A stretch of 61,883 nucleotides of DNA, the filler included, from Choristocarpus tenellus KU-1152 (lineage: Eukaryota > Protista > Phaeophyceae): NCBI GenBank assembly GCA_964200185.2. It is 10 parts of 10 records of this genome, joined end to end, with 100 filler letters (N's around TTAATTAATTAA, not from the genome) between each part and the next. Parts side by side here need not be neighbours in the genome. Positions count along the whole stretch, not along the records: positions 49,475 to 56,269 come from CAXNAD020007332.1; positions 56,370 to 61,883 come from CAXNAD020010556.1; 8 more parts are not named here. One strand, written 5' to 3'. Below are positions 49,821 to 61,413 of the stretch, one piece after another. Under the pieces are notes generated by a model. It did not search any database, was not told the origin of the DNA, and saw only the letters and a program-made list of their open reading frames with translations. A program made the position numbers and the translations under genes. Numbering within the stretch: position 1 is the first letter of the stretch; each line of letters begins with the position of its first letter.

Positions 49821-50680
49821 AAATAGCTACATCCTTCTGCATCTAGTTGCTTCAATGCTCTCGCTCCGAGTTCTTGCTAGTGGTGGCAGTAGTTGCTATG
49901 TCAAACCTTGTAGGAGTTTTGCTTCAAAGTGGAACACCCATCCCCAAATCGTCTAAACCACAAAGATCTGGTTCTGGGTGGGGAAGATTCATTTCGGACG
50001 GAGGAGTATGTATCAGATTGGAGGGGGGAGGCAGAGCGATGAGAGGTGGGACGACTGAAACCAACGTGGGAGATTAAAATCAAGGTATGCACGGGGCAGT
50101 GCAATTAGTTGTAGTGCAACATTTAGTTCGCAGGGTAGAAGAAATCGTGCAGTGTGCACTGTCATCTGGCTACGGTTCAATGGACTAGGTAGGGTGGAGT
50201 CAGTCAAGAAGTTTCTGACTAAGAGCGAACACATAATAATAAATATTAAAAGTATGTTGATTCCTTCTCTTTGACCATGTATGTCTATTGTTTTTCTATT
50301 TCGAGCATGACTGCATCATACTTCGAACTATTGGTAGAGAATCAATCAATCAGAGGAATCCTGTCTTACAGGGATGTCATTAACTGATATCTAGATCTCC
50401 TGTGACCACTTTCTGGTACATGTGCTTCTACCACTCTGAAGGGCGATTTCGCACTTACTTATTGTAAGGACAACGGTTTTGAATTCTTGTACTGTCAGGT
50501 CCCATGTTTTGAAGAGGGTGAGGTTCTTCCTGAACTTCACACATGTGGGAATACAGTGTCAGGCAGGAGGCTTCAAATGTCTGAAATACTCAGAAAGGTG
50601 TACTAGATAACCCCCCCCTCCAAGATCGAATGGCTATTAGATGTTTGTCGCAATAAATTGCCTTCTAAACAAGAGGTAGG

Positions 50681-50956
50681 GAGTCAAAGTATATGGGGGG
50701 GGGGGTTGGCGGCTTTCCATTTGAGGGCCATTTTTCCTTGTCGCGATTTTGTTTTGATCTTGACATCATAACACCGTCCACACAAATTCAAGCGCGTAGA
50801 ACATGTCCGAAGTGTAGGATATTCCAAACTCCATCAAAACAGGACCAACCCTCCACGACTAAAGACACTCAAATAGACCATTTTTTCAACACCTGGTCAG
50901 GGCCCGAATGGACACCCTGGGCTAGGACCCCCCCCTCCACCCAGATACTTTGTCTC
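50681..50956. mobile_element. GAG-ended MITE family B (G/C-run TIRs), full copy, TSD AGG
   Basis: agg|GAGTCAAAGTATATGGGGGGGGGG ... CCCCCCCTCCACCCAGATACTTTGTCTC|agg. Further family B ends occur at about 12304-12327, 30996-31019, 31578, 38562-38579, 49505-49532 and 51893-51923. Confidence 0.85.
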
Positions 50957-51759
50957 AGGTGTCCATCGTACATACTTATGTGGCTACATCGGGGATGGTA
51001 TAAGGGGACATTTTTTTAATGTCATGGAGAGGATAAGATTGACGTAAGTCAAAGTTTAGAACAGGAACAGGAATTTCAAAGTCTATATTGCATACACAAA
51101 CACTATTTGATCCAGAAGTCGTCTCTCTGCCGAAACACATCCAGAGTATTTGGTTGGCCCATCCGCAACTGCCCCATCATTGTTGGATGGTCATCATCTG
51201 GAGCAGACGGTAGTTTGACACCAGAGTCTACTTGCGGGGAGGTAAATCTCATAATCTATCGAACAATATTCAACTAGGTACTCTAAAATACTACCCCGTA
51301 CTATCATTACAGCGAGTTGTGACAGGTGTTTTGTATATAGCAATTGTGATGATGTGTACACTCCCTGAGAAAGAAGTTCACCAAGTATTGGAGGGATAAG
51401 GTCGTCGTTTAGACGTATAAATGCTAGTACGTCGTCGCAATCTGTGTTTGCCTATGAGATTGTATTAAAAATGCCGTGTGGAAAGCCTCTCCATTTTGAC
51501 CTGCGCTAGACTTGTGCTTGACGGACTCCTACCACTGAAATGTCCAATGGTGCCTGCTATTGATGAAGAGGATGATGATGACCACCCCCCACTCTAATTC
51601 TTCTTGTTGGAGGATATCGTTTTAGCGATTGTACACATTGTCACATAGTTACTATGAAAAGGTATTAATAGTTCGTGTTCTTTGCCTTATGTTTCTTCTC
51701 ATTCAGTCTATATTGTGTCATCCACAAAGTGTCATTAGGAATGATGATGTGTGTTTAAA

Positions 51760-51923
51760 ATCGGATTAACATAACCCTTGGAATGCCCACTTTTCCATGT
51801 CGCGATTTTGGGTGATTTGGTTCCACATGTCGGATGGATCATTTAAGCTCCACTTCTCCAGGTCAGGGCCCAAATGGGCACACTGGTATATAGACCCCCC
51901 CCTCCCCGAAGATACTTTGACTC
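51760..51923. mobile_element. MITE family B, partial
   Basis: GGTCAGGGCCCAAATGGGCAC...GACCCCCCCCTCCCCGAAGATACTTTGACTC aligns with the right half of 50681-50956. Confidence 0.75.
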
Positions 51924-52082
51924 TTTGGGCGTTACTGCAAGAGGTCCATGCCGTGCACCTAGTGCTAATATTTGAACTATCATCCGAATACTTTCGGCTA
52001 CATATCACTGCAATTCCTATCGTATTCTGCACACCTCCACCCACAGGAATCAAATGACCCGATTGTTAAGCAATTACTGTCT

Positions 52083-52341
52083 GAGTGAAAGTATCTTAGA
52101 GAGTATGAGTTTTGCCCTGTTTGTCCATTTGGGGCTTGGCTTCCGATGGGATTTTTTAATGAAATTTTCCTACTCCATAATGTTTCAGAGAAGGTAAAAT
52201 GTAAACGTTATGAAAAGGTTTGTCCGGAACAAAGATATTGATACTTCCGAACAAAGACGATAGCCAAAATTACATCATCATCTCAAAATTGAATTTTGGC
52301 TCCAAATGGACGCGGCTCTACCCTCTAAGATACTTTGGCTC
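52083..52341. mobile_element. MITE family A, full copy, TSD TCT
   Basis: tct|GAGTGAAAGTATCTTAGAGAGTA ... TACCCTCTAAGATACTTTGGCTC|tct. Confidence 0.92.
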
Positions 52342-54267
52342 TCTCACTACACTACAGCGCAGAGCTCGAGCACATCCATCAGCGCAACATTTGTTATCCA
52401 CTAGGGCTCGAGTTGGGTTGCTTAAATAATACAGTACTATGCAGGATGAGTGTGAGGTCTACTATGATTCCTCCAGAATCTCATCTGTCTGTTTGGCTGT
52501 GTACACCCTTACTGCTTATGGCGGACCATAGGTGGGTCAGGGAAGTTTTGATAGTTAAATGGGAGGTGTGAGTTAGTGAGAGCAAAGCTTTTGCTTCTAC
52601 AAGGTATGGGGAATGGACATCTATCCATCAATGAGCTTTTCTTTCCGTAAGAGTCTGAGTTCCTTTGCAAGAGACCCTTGCCAAGAAGGTGTATCTCAGC
52701 TCCAAAATTACGAATAACTTCAATGTTGCAATAGAGAGTCAGTCAGTTGGGGGTAGGAGAGTGGAGAAGGTGGAACAGCTGGGGATGGTGGACTGTGCTG
52801 ATTGAAAACCCACAAAGCGAAACAAGAAAAGGGCAAGCAACTTAGGAGAACGAGTAGTCGTGTGGGGCAAGGATGATGTACGGCATATCGAAATGTGTTT
52901 GATGGCAATTCTAGAACAGGCTGGGTGAGGGGGGGGGAGGAGGAGAAAGTGGCAAGGATTAAAGAGAGAGTTTGTGGTATTGAAGGCTTAAAGTAGCTTG
53001 GGGAGGGGTGGCGACTCTCCGTTTTCGTATGTGAAAGACATCAATCTATTTACTACATTATTATCAGCTATGCTGCACCACTGCCTTCCTGTACCTCCAA
53101 CTTATCTTAGTCCTGCACCCCTGGGTGGGGGGACCTAGGGAACCATCCCAAGAATTAAACAGGCCCCTCCTTGTCTGAGTACATAAGAAAGTAATAAAGA
53201 AAACAATAAAAAGAAAAGAAATTTATTTAGCGTATTTACTGACACCGAAGAAAAAGTCCACTAGGTATAATGCACTAAAAACATCGAAGAGGTTACGATT
53301 GGATGCCATCAGGCAGTAGAGTCGCCAAGCAACTGTGCCAGGATCTACGAGAACAAGAGGGGGAAGGGATAGGAGTTCAAGCTCGCACCAGGTCCACCCG
53401 ATACAAAACACCACTACTCCATCACATTGCATACAATAATGGTAAGAAAAGGAGGAGGATTGCAAGCATAATCCACTCCCAAAAGTCGGAGAGAGAAAAT
53501 GAGATCGGCAGCAACATTCAAGCAGGCAATGGTGAGTGTACGTAGAGCCCTCACCTATTTGGGCTGCATCATCAGGTGGTGCTTTAGCACAATGACGTAA
53601 TCAGCTATCACAGGTTTCTTGGATTATCATTCTATCACGAAGATTGTTGTGCTGGAAGCCACACACTCATGACGCTTCTTCTTCTGTTGGTCAGTTGCCC
53701 TATGATCCACCCCTTGGCCAACCATAATCCCAGACTAACCAAGGTCGACTTGCAGGCACATCCACCAGTTCATCTTCTATCCACCTTGCTTTCGTTTTCC
53801 AGCTGCAAGGCTTTAACATGAACACCTTGAGAAGTCGCCCATCCCCCGTGTGTAAAACTGACGCAGCAAATATGCGGGGTCTCTATTTGTTTGCACACAG
53901 AGTCGACTCGATATTCTTACCTCTGGTTAGAAGGAGAGGCATGCATCGTTCTTGTAGCTACAGTGAATGATAGACGCGTTCCTGTTTACGAAAGTCCGAA
54001 GCAACGAAGAAGGAATTTGTACTGATGAGAGAAAAAGTCCATATATACCAGAGCAACATATAACAGACATGGTGGTGTGTCCATTTCAAACCATAAACTA
54101 GAGGGTTAAGAACTTGAGCTTTGAGTATTCCAATCTTTAGGTCAACAGAGTCCTATCAAAGATTACTTACTTGAGAACTTAGGTTGGTATGTATCGGTAT
54201 AAAACATACGGCAATAAAGATAATTATATTTAACATACAACCCACTTTATAGTTACCTGAATGATTT

Positions 54268-55335
54268 TACTATGCCCTCCAACATTTTGGAGATGTGTCA
54301 GGGAAAAACCAACAAAAACTTTCACATGTCAGAATAAAACCCTAAGGAAGTAGCAGTTGTCATAAATGTGAAAAACATTAATCTATTCACTATTTTACTA
54401 CCAGTTATGCTACACCGTTCCCTTCCTGTACCTCTAACCTAGTTTAGTCCTGTGCTCCAGGGTGAGGGGCTAGGGGGGTATCCTACGAAGCTGTATTCTC
54501 GCAAATATAACTTGAAGAGTCTTTAGATCCTTAGGCTCATCTCACCTGTCATCTTCACCATACCACAATATCTGTAACTAATAATAATATGTATGCATAT
54601 AAGATGTCTATCAAAGAGGTTCCTCTACTAGTAGTTGTGTGTTTAATCTGGATGCGCAATGCATCAAAAATGAAGACTAGCCTCCAATTAAGCCGAAAAA
54701 GGTAAAATGCCATCCTTCCCCAAAATATTTCATATTTAAAAGAATATGAATGAAATTACCTTGTCCTAAAACACGTAAGTAAGTGGCAGTAAAATAATAT
54801 ATATAGATGATAGAAGAATGTCTTTCACATTTACAACAACTGTTGCTTTTTCAGGGATTGTTCCAATATTTGAATGATTTTTCATTGTTTTTTCCGCTGG
54901 TACATCTACAAAATGTCACAGGATAATAATACTAATAAAAAACACGTATTATGGGCTTGTTTTTTTTACTTGAGATTGATGGTTGTGAGGTATGTATACT
55001 CGATTATATGTACCCTCTAACATTTATTAGGCATTTCAGCTATATACAAATATTGTAATATGTTACTATTATCCCCTGTGAATTTTTTGGAGACGTGTCA
55101 GGGAAAAAACGAAAACTATTCACATTTCAGAATAAAACCTAAGAAGTAACAGTTGTCACAAATGTGAAAAACACGAATCTATTCGCTATTTATTTCCAGT
55201 TATTATGCTACACCGTTCCCTTCCTGTACCCCTAACCTGGCTTAGAGTCCTGTACTTCAGGGTGAGGGCTAGGGAGGCATCTCACGAATAATATATTATT
55301 GTGCCCTCTGACATTTTCCAGATGTGTTAGGGGAA
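54268..55335. repeat. Cluster of repeat family E copies: 54268-54490 (+), about 54815-54930 (-), 55068-55290 (+), and a restart at about 55300; fragments also at about 53028-53150 and 56045-56190
   Basis: Shared TTTTGGAGAYGTGTCAGGGAAAAA...TTGTCAYAAATGTGAAAAACA...ATGCTACACCGTTCCCTTCCTGTACC...CAGGGTGAGGG. Confidence 0.85.
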
Positions 55336-55393
55336 AAACATGGATGTGAGGAAGGATGTAGTCTCACGGTTCGTCAACACTTCCCTTTTAACA

Positions 55394-55675
55394 GACCCTA
55401 AGCATTTATGAAGGTAGGATTTTTGCCCTGTTTGTCCATTTGGGGCTTGGCTTTCCACGGGTCTTTTATGCCCTTTGTTTTTTTGTGTGAACACAATTAC
55501 CCGCTCTAAAACATCTTGGAGCAGGTAAAATGTGTATGGCTGGGAAATGTGTGTCTGGAGCAGCAAGGATATTGACACCTGCTAACAAACACAATAGCCA
55601 AATTTCATCAAAGTCGCAACATTGGATTTATGACCTCGAATGGACTCAGCCCTATCCTCTTAAATGCTTTGAGTC
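55394..55675. mobile_element. MITE family A, old degenerate copy (flanks AACA/AACA)
   Basis: The core TTTTGCCCTGTTTGTCCATTTGGGGCTTGGC...AAACACAATAGCCAAA...GCAACATTGGATTT is conserved and the TIRs are eroded. Confidence 0.8.
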
Positions 55676-56269
55676 AACACCGACCCGGAAATGGGCACTG
55701 CGTGGAAGGTTATGATGGTTTGATTTTTCCTTGAAAGGTAAAAATAATTTTGATTTTGTCTCTATAGTTGCAAACTACTACTACTATTTGTGCAAGTTGA
55801 CTTTGCCAATAAATAAAATATTTACTTTCCGATTTTTGACCATTCCTCCCTCACCTACACGATCACAACTCACAAATAGCAAAACGCGAACACCCAGACC
55901 TACCCAAAAAAATGATGAATCGTCGCTCGTTACAAGTGTTAGAAGAAAATGCATCTCTTTGCAGGTGTGCTCATCGTCACAGTTGTACCGAATATAGCTT
56001 TGAGAATTTACATTATTCAGAACAAGATTGAAGCGAATATCTATATTGCCTTCTATGACATTTTGAAGATGTGTCAGATCAGAACAATATGACAAAGAAA
56101 ACTACCACTACCAATGCAGCAGTATTTTTATTGTTATGCCTTCTAATATTTTGCATATTTTCCAACGGAAAAACAATGAAAATAATTCAAATGTCGAAAC
56201 AACCCCAAATGGAGGATTTTCAAAATTGGGGATGGAGCGGGACTACGAGGATGGTTGTTTTGCGAAAAC

Positions 56270-56369
56270 NNNNNNNNNNNNNNNNNNNNNNNNNNNNNNN
56301 NNNNNNNNNNNNNTTAATTAATTAANNNNNNNNNNNNNNNNNNNNNNNNNNNNNNNNNNNNNNNNNNNN
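56270..56369. other. Artificial contig linker
   Basis: N44-TTAATTAATTAA-N44. Confidence 0.99.
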
Positions 56370-57095
56370 ATCTGGATGTGACCTATCTATCCCTTTCTTG
56401 TACAAACCACATCACCCTTTCATAAATATTTGTAACTACTGGAAGAAGACGTATGTATGTATTATTGTATAATACAATACGTAGTGTACCATACATAATA
56501 TAAGCATACCAAAACCGTTACCGGCTCCGCCCAGAGGGGCCCCTCTGTCCTTACACCTTTGGCTTGGTCGAGGTCGCTTCCGAATCGTAGCGGTGCCCTC
56601 CACAACAAGCACCGAAATCTTTTTGAACAATAAAATATCCCATTCAAAAAGGGACCCTTAAAATGTGCCGCAACATTTACAAAAAAAAATTATGGGCACT
56701 TTCCGCGCACCATTTTGGGTCAAACTCATCCTCCATGAAATGTTCCATCCTTAATTTTGCCGAGAGGCTGTTACTGGATCAAATAGTTAAACTACAATTA
56801 AAACCTGATTACCAAGCATTCAACCCTATTAAATCCTGAACCTAACATGTAGAAGGGTGTCACTTAAATCTATGTTGAACTCGCTGTCAGGATCTGATTC
56901 AGAACTGGAACACCTATCCTTCCACTTAAGGATTCCCTCACGCCATATTTAAATTATATTTATAATATCTGACTTCGTGTTGGTATATGCTCTCGTGACC
57001 ATTCGGAGACGTCATATAGGCTACCCATTTCTAGTTTTTCATTATCACAGACCTGTTGTTATTGTGACCCCTAACAATAGGATGCATGCTAATAC

Positions 57096-60000
57096 CAAAG
57101 GATAAAAAACTGCTGGATGGTCTTGCCTACAGGCTTGGTTGAGCCATATAGTATGGCAGTAAAGTCATCACCCCGAATTATTTCACCTGTTGTTGAGCAC
57201 TTTGCCTACTGCTGTGCTTGACCGTGATGGAATTAAACGCCCTTCTCAGGTTCATACATTTCTGAACACGACAAGGTCAAAACGTGCATCTCCAAATAGA
57301 AACATCTCACACACAATTGGCAAACTTGGCAACGTAATTTTATTATTTCTGTATGTCTTGGTCCGCACCCATACTCACTGTACAAATATGTATATATGCG
57401 TGCGATATCACGGAAGTAAAGATATGCACCGGTAATCTGCACACCAAGAGAAAGGTAAATTCTAAGGGGAAAGCACTTAGAGGAGGTGAATTAATCCATA
57501 ATGTACAATTCTCACCAATTACCTACCCTACCTCCTTGGTTGAACATTGCATCGGACATCCATCCATCCTATTGCACAAAAGACAGAAACGAAGAGGTGC
57601 TGCGGTGAGTTCATATAACTCAGCAAATGTTCTCACATTACTTAATGTAGGTTACTCCCAGGAGCGAACAGCACAGAAAAAATCAAGGACAGGGCTAGAC
57701 AAAAAAAAAGGTATGTACATACTAATCACATCAAGACTTGCAACAAAAAGAAAAACATATCTACTTACCTTGGGGTGTGGGGATCCCCTTACACTACCAC
57801 AGTTGCTAGTTGAAACACCTGACCCTTATCAAGATAGAACAATGCGGCAAGTTTCCACAGTGCAAGGATTGCAAGTGAGCCAGCCTTGCACCACCTACAC
57901 ACACAGCTCACCAATGCAGTTCGTCCCCTGCAAGGAGTTGAACTCCTTCAGTGCTCTCGTGGGTCTTTACAACCAGAAGCGGGGACTAAAAAAGACTGCA
58001 AGTGGAACAATAGACTGCAGTGCTCCACCACTGCAAAACCAAAGCTTACAAAAGCTCAATATGTAAGCTTCTATTAATGTCTTCTGCTTACTATCATGTT
58101 ACCAAAGTATATTTCAGTGAGGATGCATGCATTGCCTTACGCTCAACGAGAGCATATCATGTGCTGACACATCACTCGCCCTCATCGGCTCTAGCCCCTT
58201 TATGTCGTATCCAAAAACTCTCAAAAGAACAGGTCATTCGGCAAGCATGCACTGCCTTGCCCTTCACCCTTGACCAGAGCAGATGGAAATACCCTCATCA
58301 TCGATCCTTTCCACCATCACTCCTTGACAAACCCATAAATACTCCAGGCCACACCATCACAGACCTCCTTGTACAACCACCTCCACCTCTTGAAATGTAT
58401 GGTCCATCCCATAACACACAACTCTCCTCTACTTACGTTGCCGGTCTTCTCGGAACAGGGTCTTGGCTATAACCTGCTCAACAAGCGTGACAAAACCACA
58501 ATGACAAGAGAGCATAAGATGGATGTACTTGGTTCTGCGTCGGCTCTTGTGAGTGTACAACCAACTGTCCTGCACAAAAGGTTGGCCCTTGTTCGGCTAG
58601 ACTGAGAAAGGAGTGATGAAGAGGTCTACACCCAACGAGAAACAGTTGGCCAGTCAGTCAATTAAGAAAAACAGGATATAATGCAGAGATGACAAGAGAA
58701 AAAAAAAAGAATATTTCCTCCCCAAACACGGTTGTGGGTGAGATTGTACACAGATACGATATTTAGGCTACTGAACCAAGGCAGACAAGCAATTTGACCA
58801 GCAGTGTGGGAAGGAGTGTTGTTCGCCCTCATCTTCCCTCAAACACTCCTCAGACCCTGACTTCCCTAACCCTTCAACGGCGGTTAACTCACACTTTCCA
58901 CCAAAAAAAGGATAGAATGAAGAATGCAAAGAAATCGAGTAATGACTGACTTTCATGAGGGGTAAAAATCAGATATCTACAAGGTTCTATTTTCACGGTT
59001 TGGTCAGTTTCTGACCATTTTCATTTGTCCAACCGCATATATATATATCGTTTTATGTAACTGTCAGATGTTAAATATGTTGACACAGTCACAATGACCA
59101 CTGTTGTCTTTACCGTATTAGCAAACAGTGGTCGAGGGAATTTCAATGGTACAGTTCAGCTTTGCAAAAATTTAAAGATAAACAAGATAACATTTACAGT
59201 AGTGTAGTTACATTGGCAGTTCGCATTTAACCTTGTGGTTTGTTCCAGTCTATGTTTACAGTCCTGATATTGATAGTTACGGTTAAGCTACTTTCCCCAC
59301 AGTCAATGACGTCAGCATGGCCCTTTAACAGTTGCACACGGCAATGGCAGAGGTTCTAATCCGTTCTAGTTGTCATGAACTACCAAGGGGTTGGCAATCA
59401 AGTAGCTTTTAAAAATATAACATTCCGCTCTCCAAAAATAGAAATAACATGTGTTATATTTGATGCAAGTACGATCTGTGTAGTGGTTTTTTCAATAATT
59501 TATCCTACAAACGTACCAGGGCAGCAAGTTGAAGGTTCAAGATTCACCCTCATAAATACAATACTACTAAATATAATTGCCATATTTGTATATTGCATTA
59601 TTAATATAAGTGTACCAATGAACTGTAGCGTTACTTTAAGAGCACCTCAGTATGATACAATTATGCTACGGCCACACTGCTAGAAGGAACATAAAGTATA
59701 ACCGTAATACAATATTACTGTCTGGTTGTATTGTAGGGTACAGTAGGGTGAACAGCACCCAAAGTAAACACTGTACAGTTACGGAATTTTGATGATCATG
59801 CACAGTTTCCAATGCCTTCTACTGCTGCCAATAGTCTGGTTGTAGATATTCCTAAAGTAGAATTACGGAACAATAATTAACCAACCGTAACCGCAATTGA
59901 AACCCACAAACATTTTTTTTTAGCACATTCGAAATATCCATACAGATCCCGAAAAAAATAGGGGCACCAAAGTTGACAGTATGATACGCCATTCCAAGGA

Positions 60001-61413
60001 ACCATCAACAGTATTTTGGGTGCACCTTGTAACGTCAATGGTCAAAATCATGCTGTCGGATCTTTCCGGCAGTCCCCGTTTTGGTACAGTAAGCAGCTGA
60101 TCTCGAATTTTCCGGGTTAGTTGGCAGTCTGCCCAAAAAGCAACCACATTTGTTTTTTTCTTCATTTGTACTCCTCTTGTGTTTTTGGAAAATGACACAT
60201 TCTTCACCAAGAGCTCTTCCACTCCTAGTCTATATCCATTTCATACAACTCATACAAATACACACCATCGACCGTGCACACTATGTACTACTCTACTTTC
60301 TTGCCTTGCACTGATCAACAAACTCCTTGAGGCTGCTGTCATCTCGGTAGTCCTCATTGTGGTGAGCCATAAGGAGCTCAAACGCCACCTACAAACGGAA
60401 GGGAAAAGGGGGGTGTAGGCATCACGGTCAATAGCCAGTCCAAGGTGAGAGGCACAATCCCCACAACATAAAAAGGAGAGCAAAAGTCGGGCAAATTAAA
60501 GTCACAAAGCATTGCTTCCAGAGGAAATCCTCAAGACTACACAGAGGTGACAAAAGATGACAAAAAAAGGGCACACCTCCTTTCCGCATGATGTGTGACT
60601 TAGACTCAGATGATACTACACCAGTCCATCCTCAAGATGGAAAAAAATTTAGGGGGGCCGGGTGAGTGATGGGGAGGAAAGAAACACGGAGATACAAATA
60701 ACCAGGTGGTTTTCGCCTCACCTCCACAGAGCTGACCTCATCCCCCGCAGCGTGCTCAATCACATCTGTAATGAGACGACGTTGATCACGGCGGTCGAGC
60801 TGGTTCGTCTCCCCCAGCATTCGAAGAGCCTGCAGGGGATAAATAGATAGATCGGGATGCGAGGTGAGGGTGAGGGAGGGGCACACTCAATCCAAAGGAA
60901 TGATGCTACTGTTGACCATATTTCATTTCAAGAGGTCACTACTCATACCTCCGGTTTGATGTGGTGGTGCTTGTTCCTCGCCGAATAGTCATCACTAAGA
61001 TGTATTATTATCTAATACACAGACTACTTAAAAAAAAAAAAAAAAAAAAAAACTGTGGTAGAAAAAAACACAAGAATGTAAGGGTCGGTGCTGGACTGTA
61101 GAGCCCAACCAATAACGAGTGAGATCGGAAAAGACAAAGATACAAGGATTTGGTTGTTTTAAATACCTCCTGATTTGCAGAAGTAAGAAAGCAACCCTCC
61201 GAAGAGACCTTGTACAAAAGTCTGAACATCTGAAACCATGACTGATACAGAGACCACCAAAATCACAGAAAGACCCAGTGTTTTATACATAGCATGTATG
61301 TAGAAATAGAACCGGCCCTTCAGTGCTCCACATCATTAATCCACACACCTTTTCCAGCTTTAGCAACCCTAACAGGATCTCATACCAATGTCCTGTACGC
61401 CTTCCGGACTTCA
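57096..61413 (-). CDS. Multi-exon gene (partial) with a J-domain-like N-terminal region lacking HPD, followed by an unrecognised domain
   Basis: Phase-compatible exons 61413-61386, 60829-60722, 60388-60305 (GC donor), 58473-58437, 58217-58180 (weak, GC donor), 57985-57912, 57805-57769, 57568-57532 and 57186-57096 give EVRKAYRTL|ALRMLGETNQLDRRDQRRLITDVIEHAAGDEVSSVE|VAFELLMAHH...|VIAKTLFREDRQLFGYDIKGLEPMRSPLLVVKTHESTEGVQLLAGDELHCNCGSVRGSPHPKDGWMSDAMFNQGGEIIRGDDFTAILYGSTKPVGKTIQQFFIL. Further exons may lie near 56850-56917 and 56540-56620. Confidence 0.62.

Noticed and set aside
6135-55675. Small ORFs from family A copies (for example 6148-6330, 11185-11409, 30081-30386, 34079-34303, 42090-42377, 47128-47316) as a protein family
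   Set aside because: They are translations of the same non-coding MITE, and frames and stops are not conserved between copies.
8365-56369. Recurring TTAATTAATTAA between N runs as a biological repeat or CRISPR-like array
   Set aside because: It is an invariant 100-nt spacer with six-frame stops, i.e. an assembly concatenation linker.
57940-57985. LVVKTHE as a WSCD-type sulfotransferase motif
   Set aside because: No upstream PAPS-binding loop or downstream LxRNP motif appears in the spliced product.
57353-58066. Longest ORF in the track (237 aa, +)
   Set aside because: It has no recognisable motif and lies antisense to a phase-consistent minus-strand exon chain.
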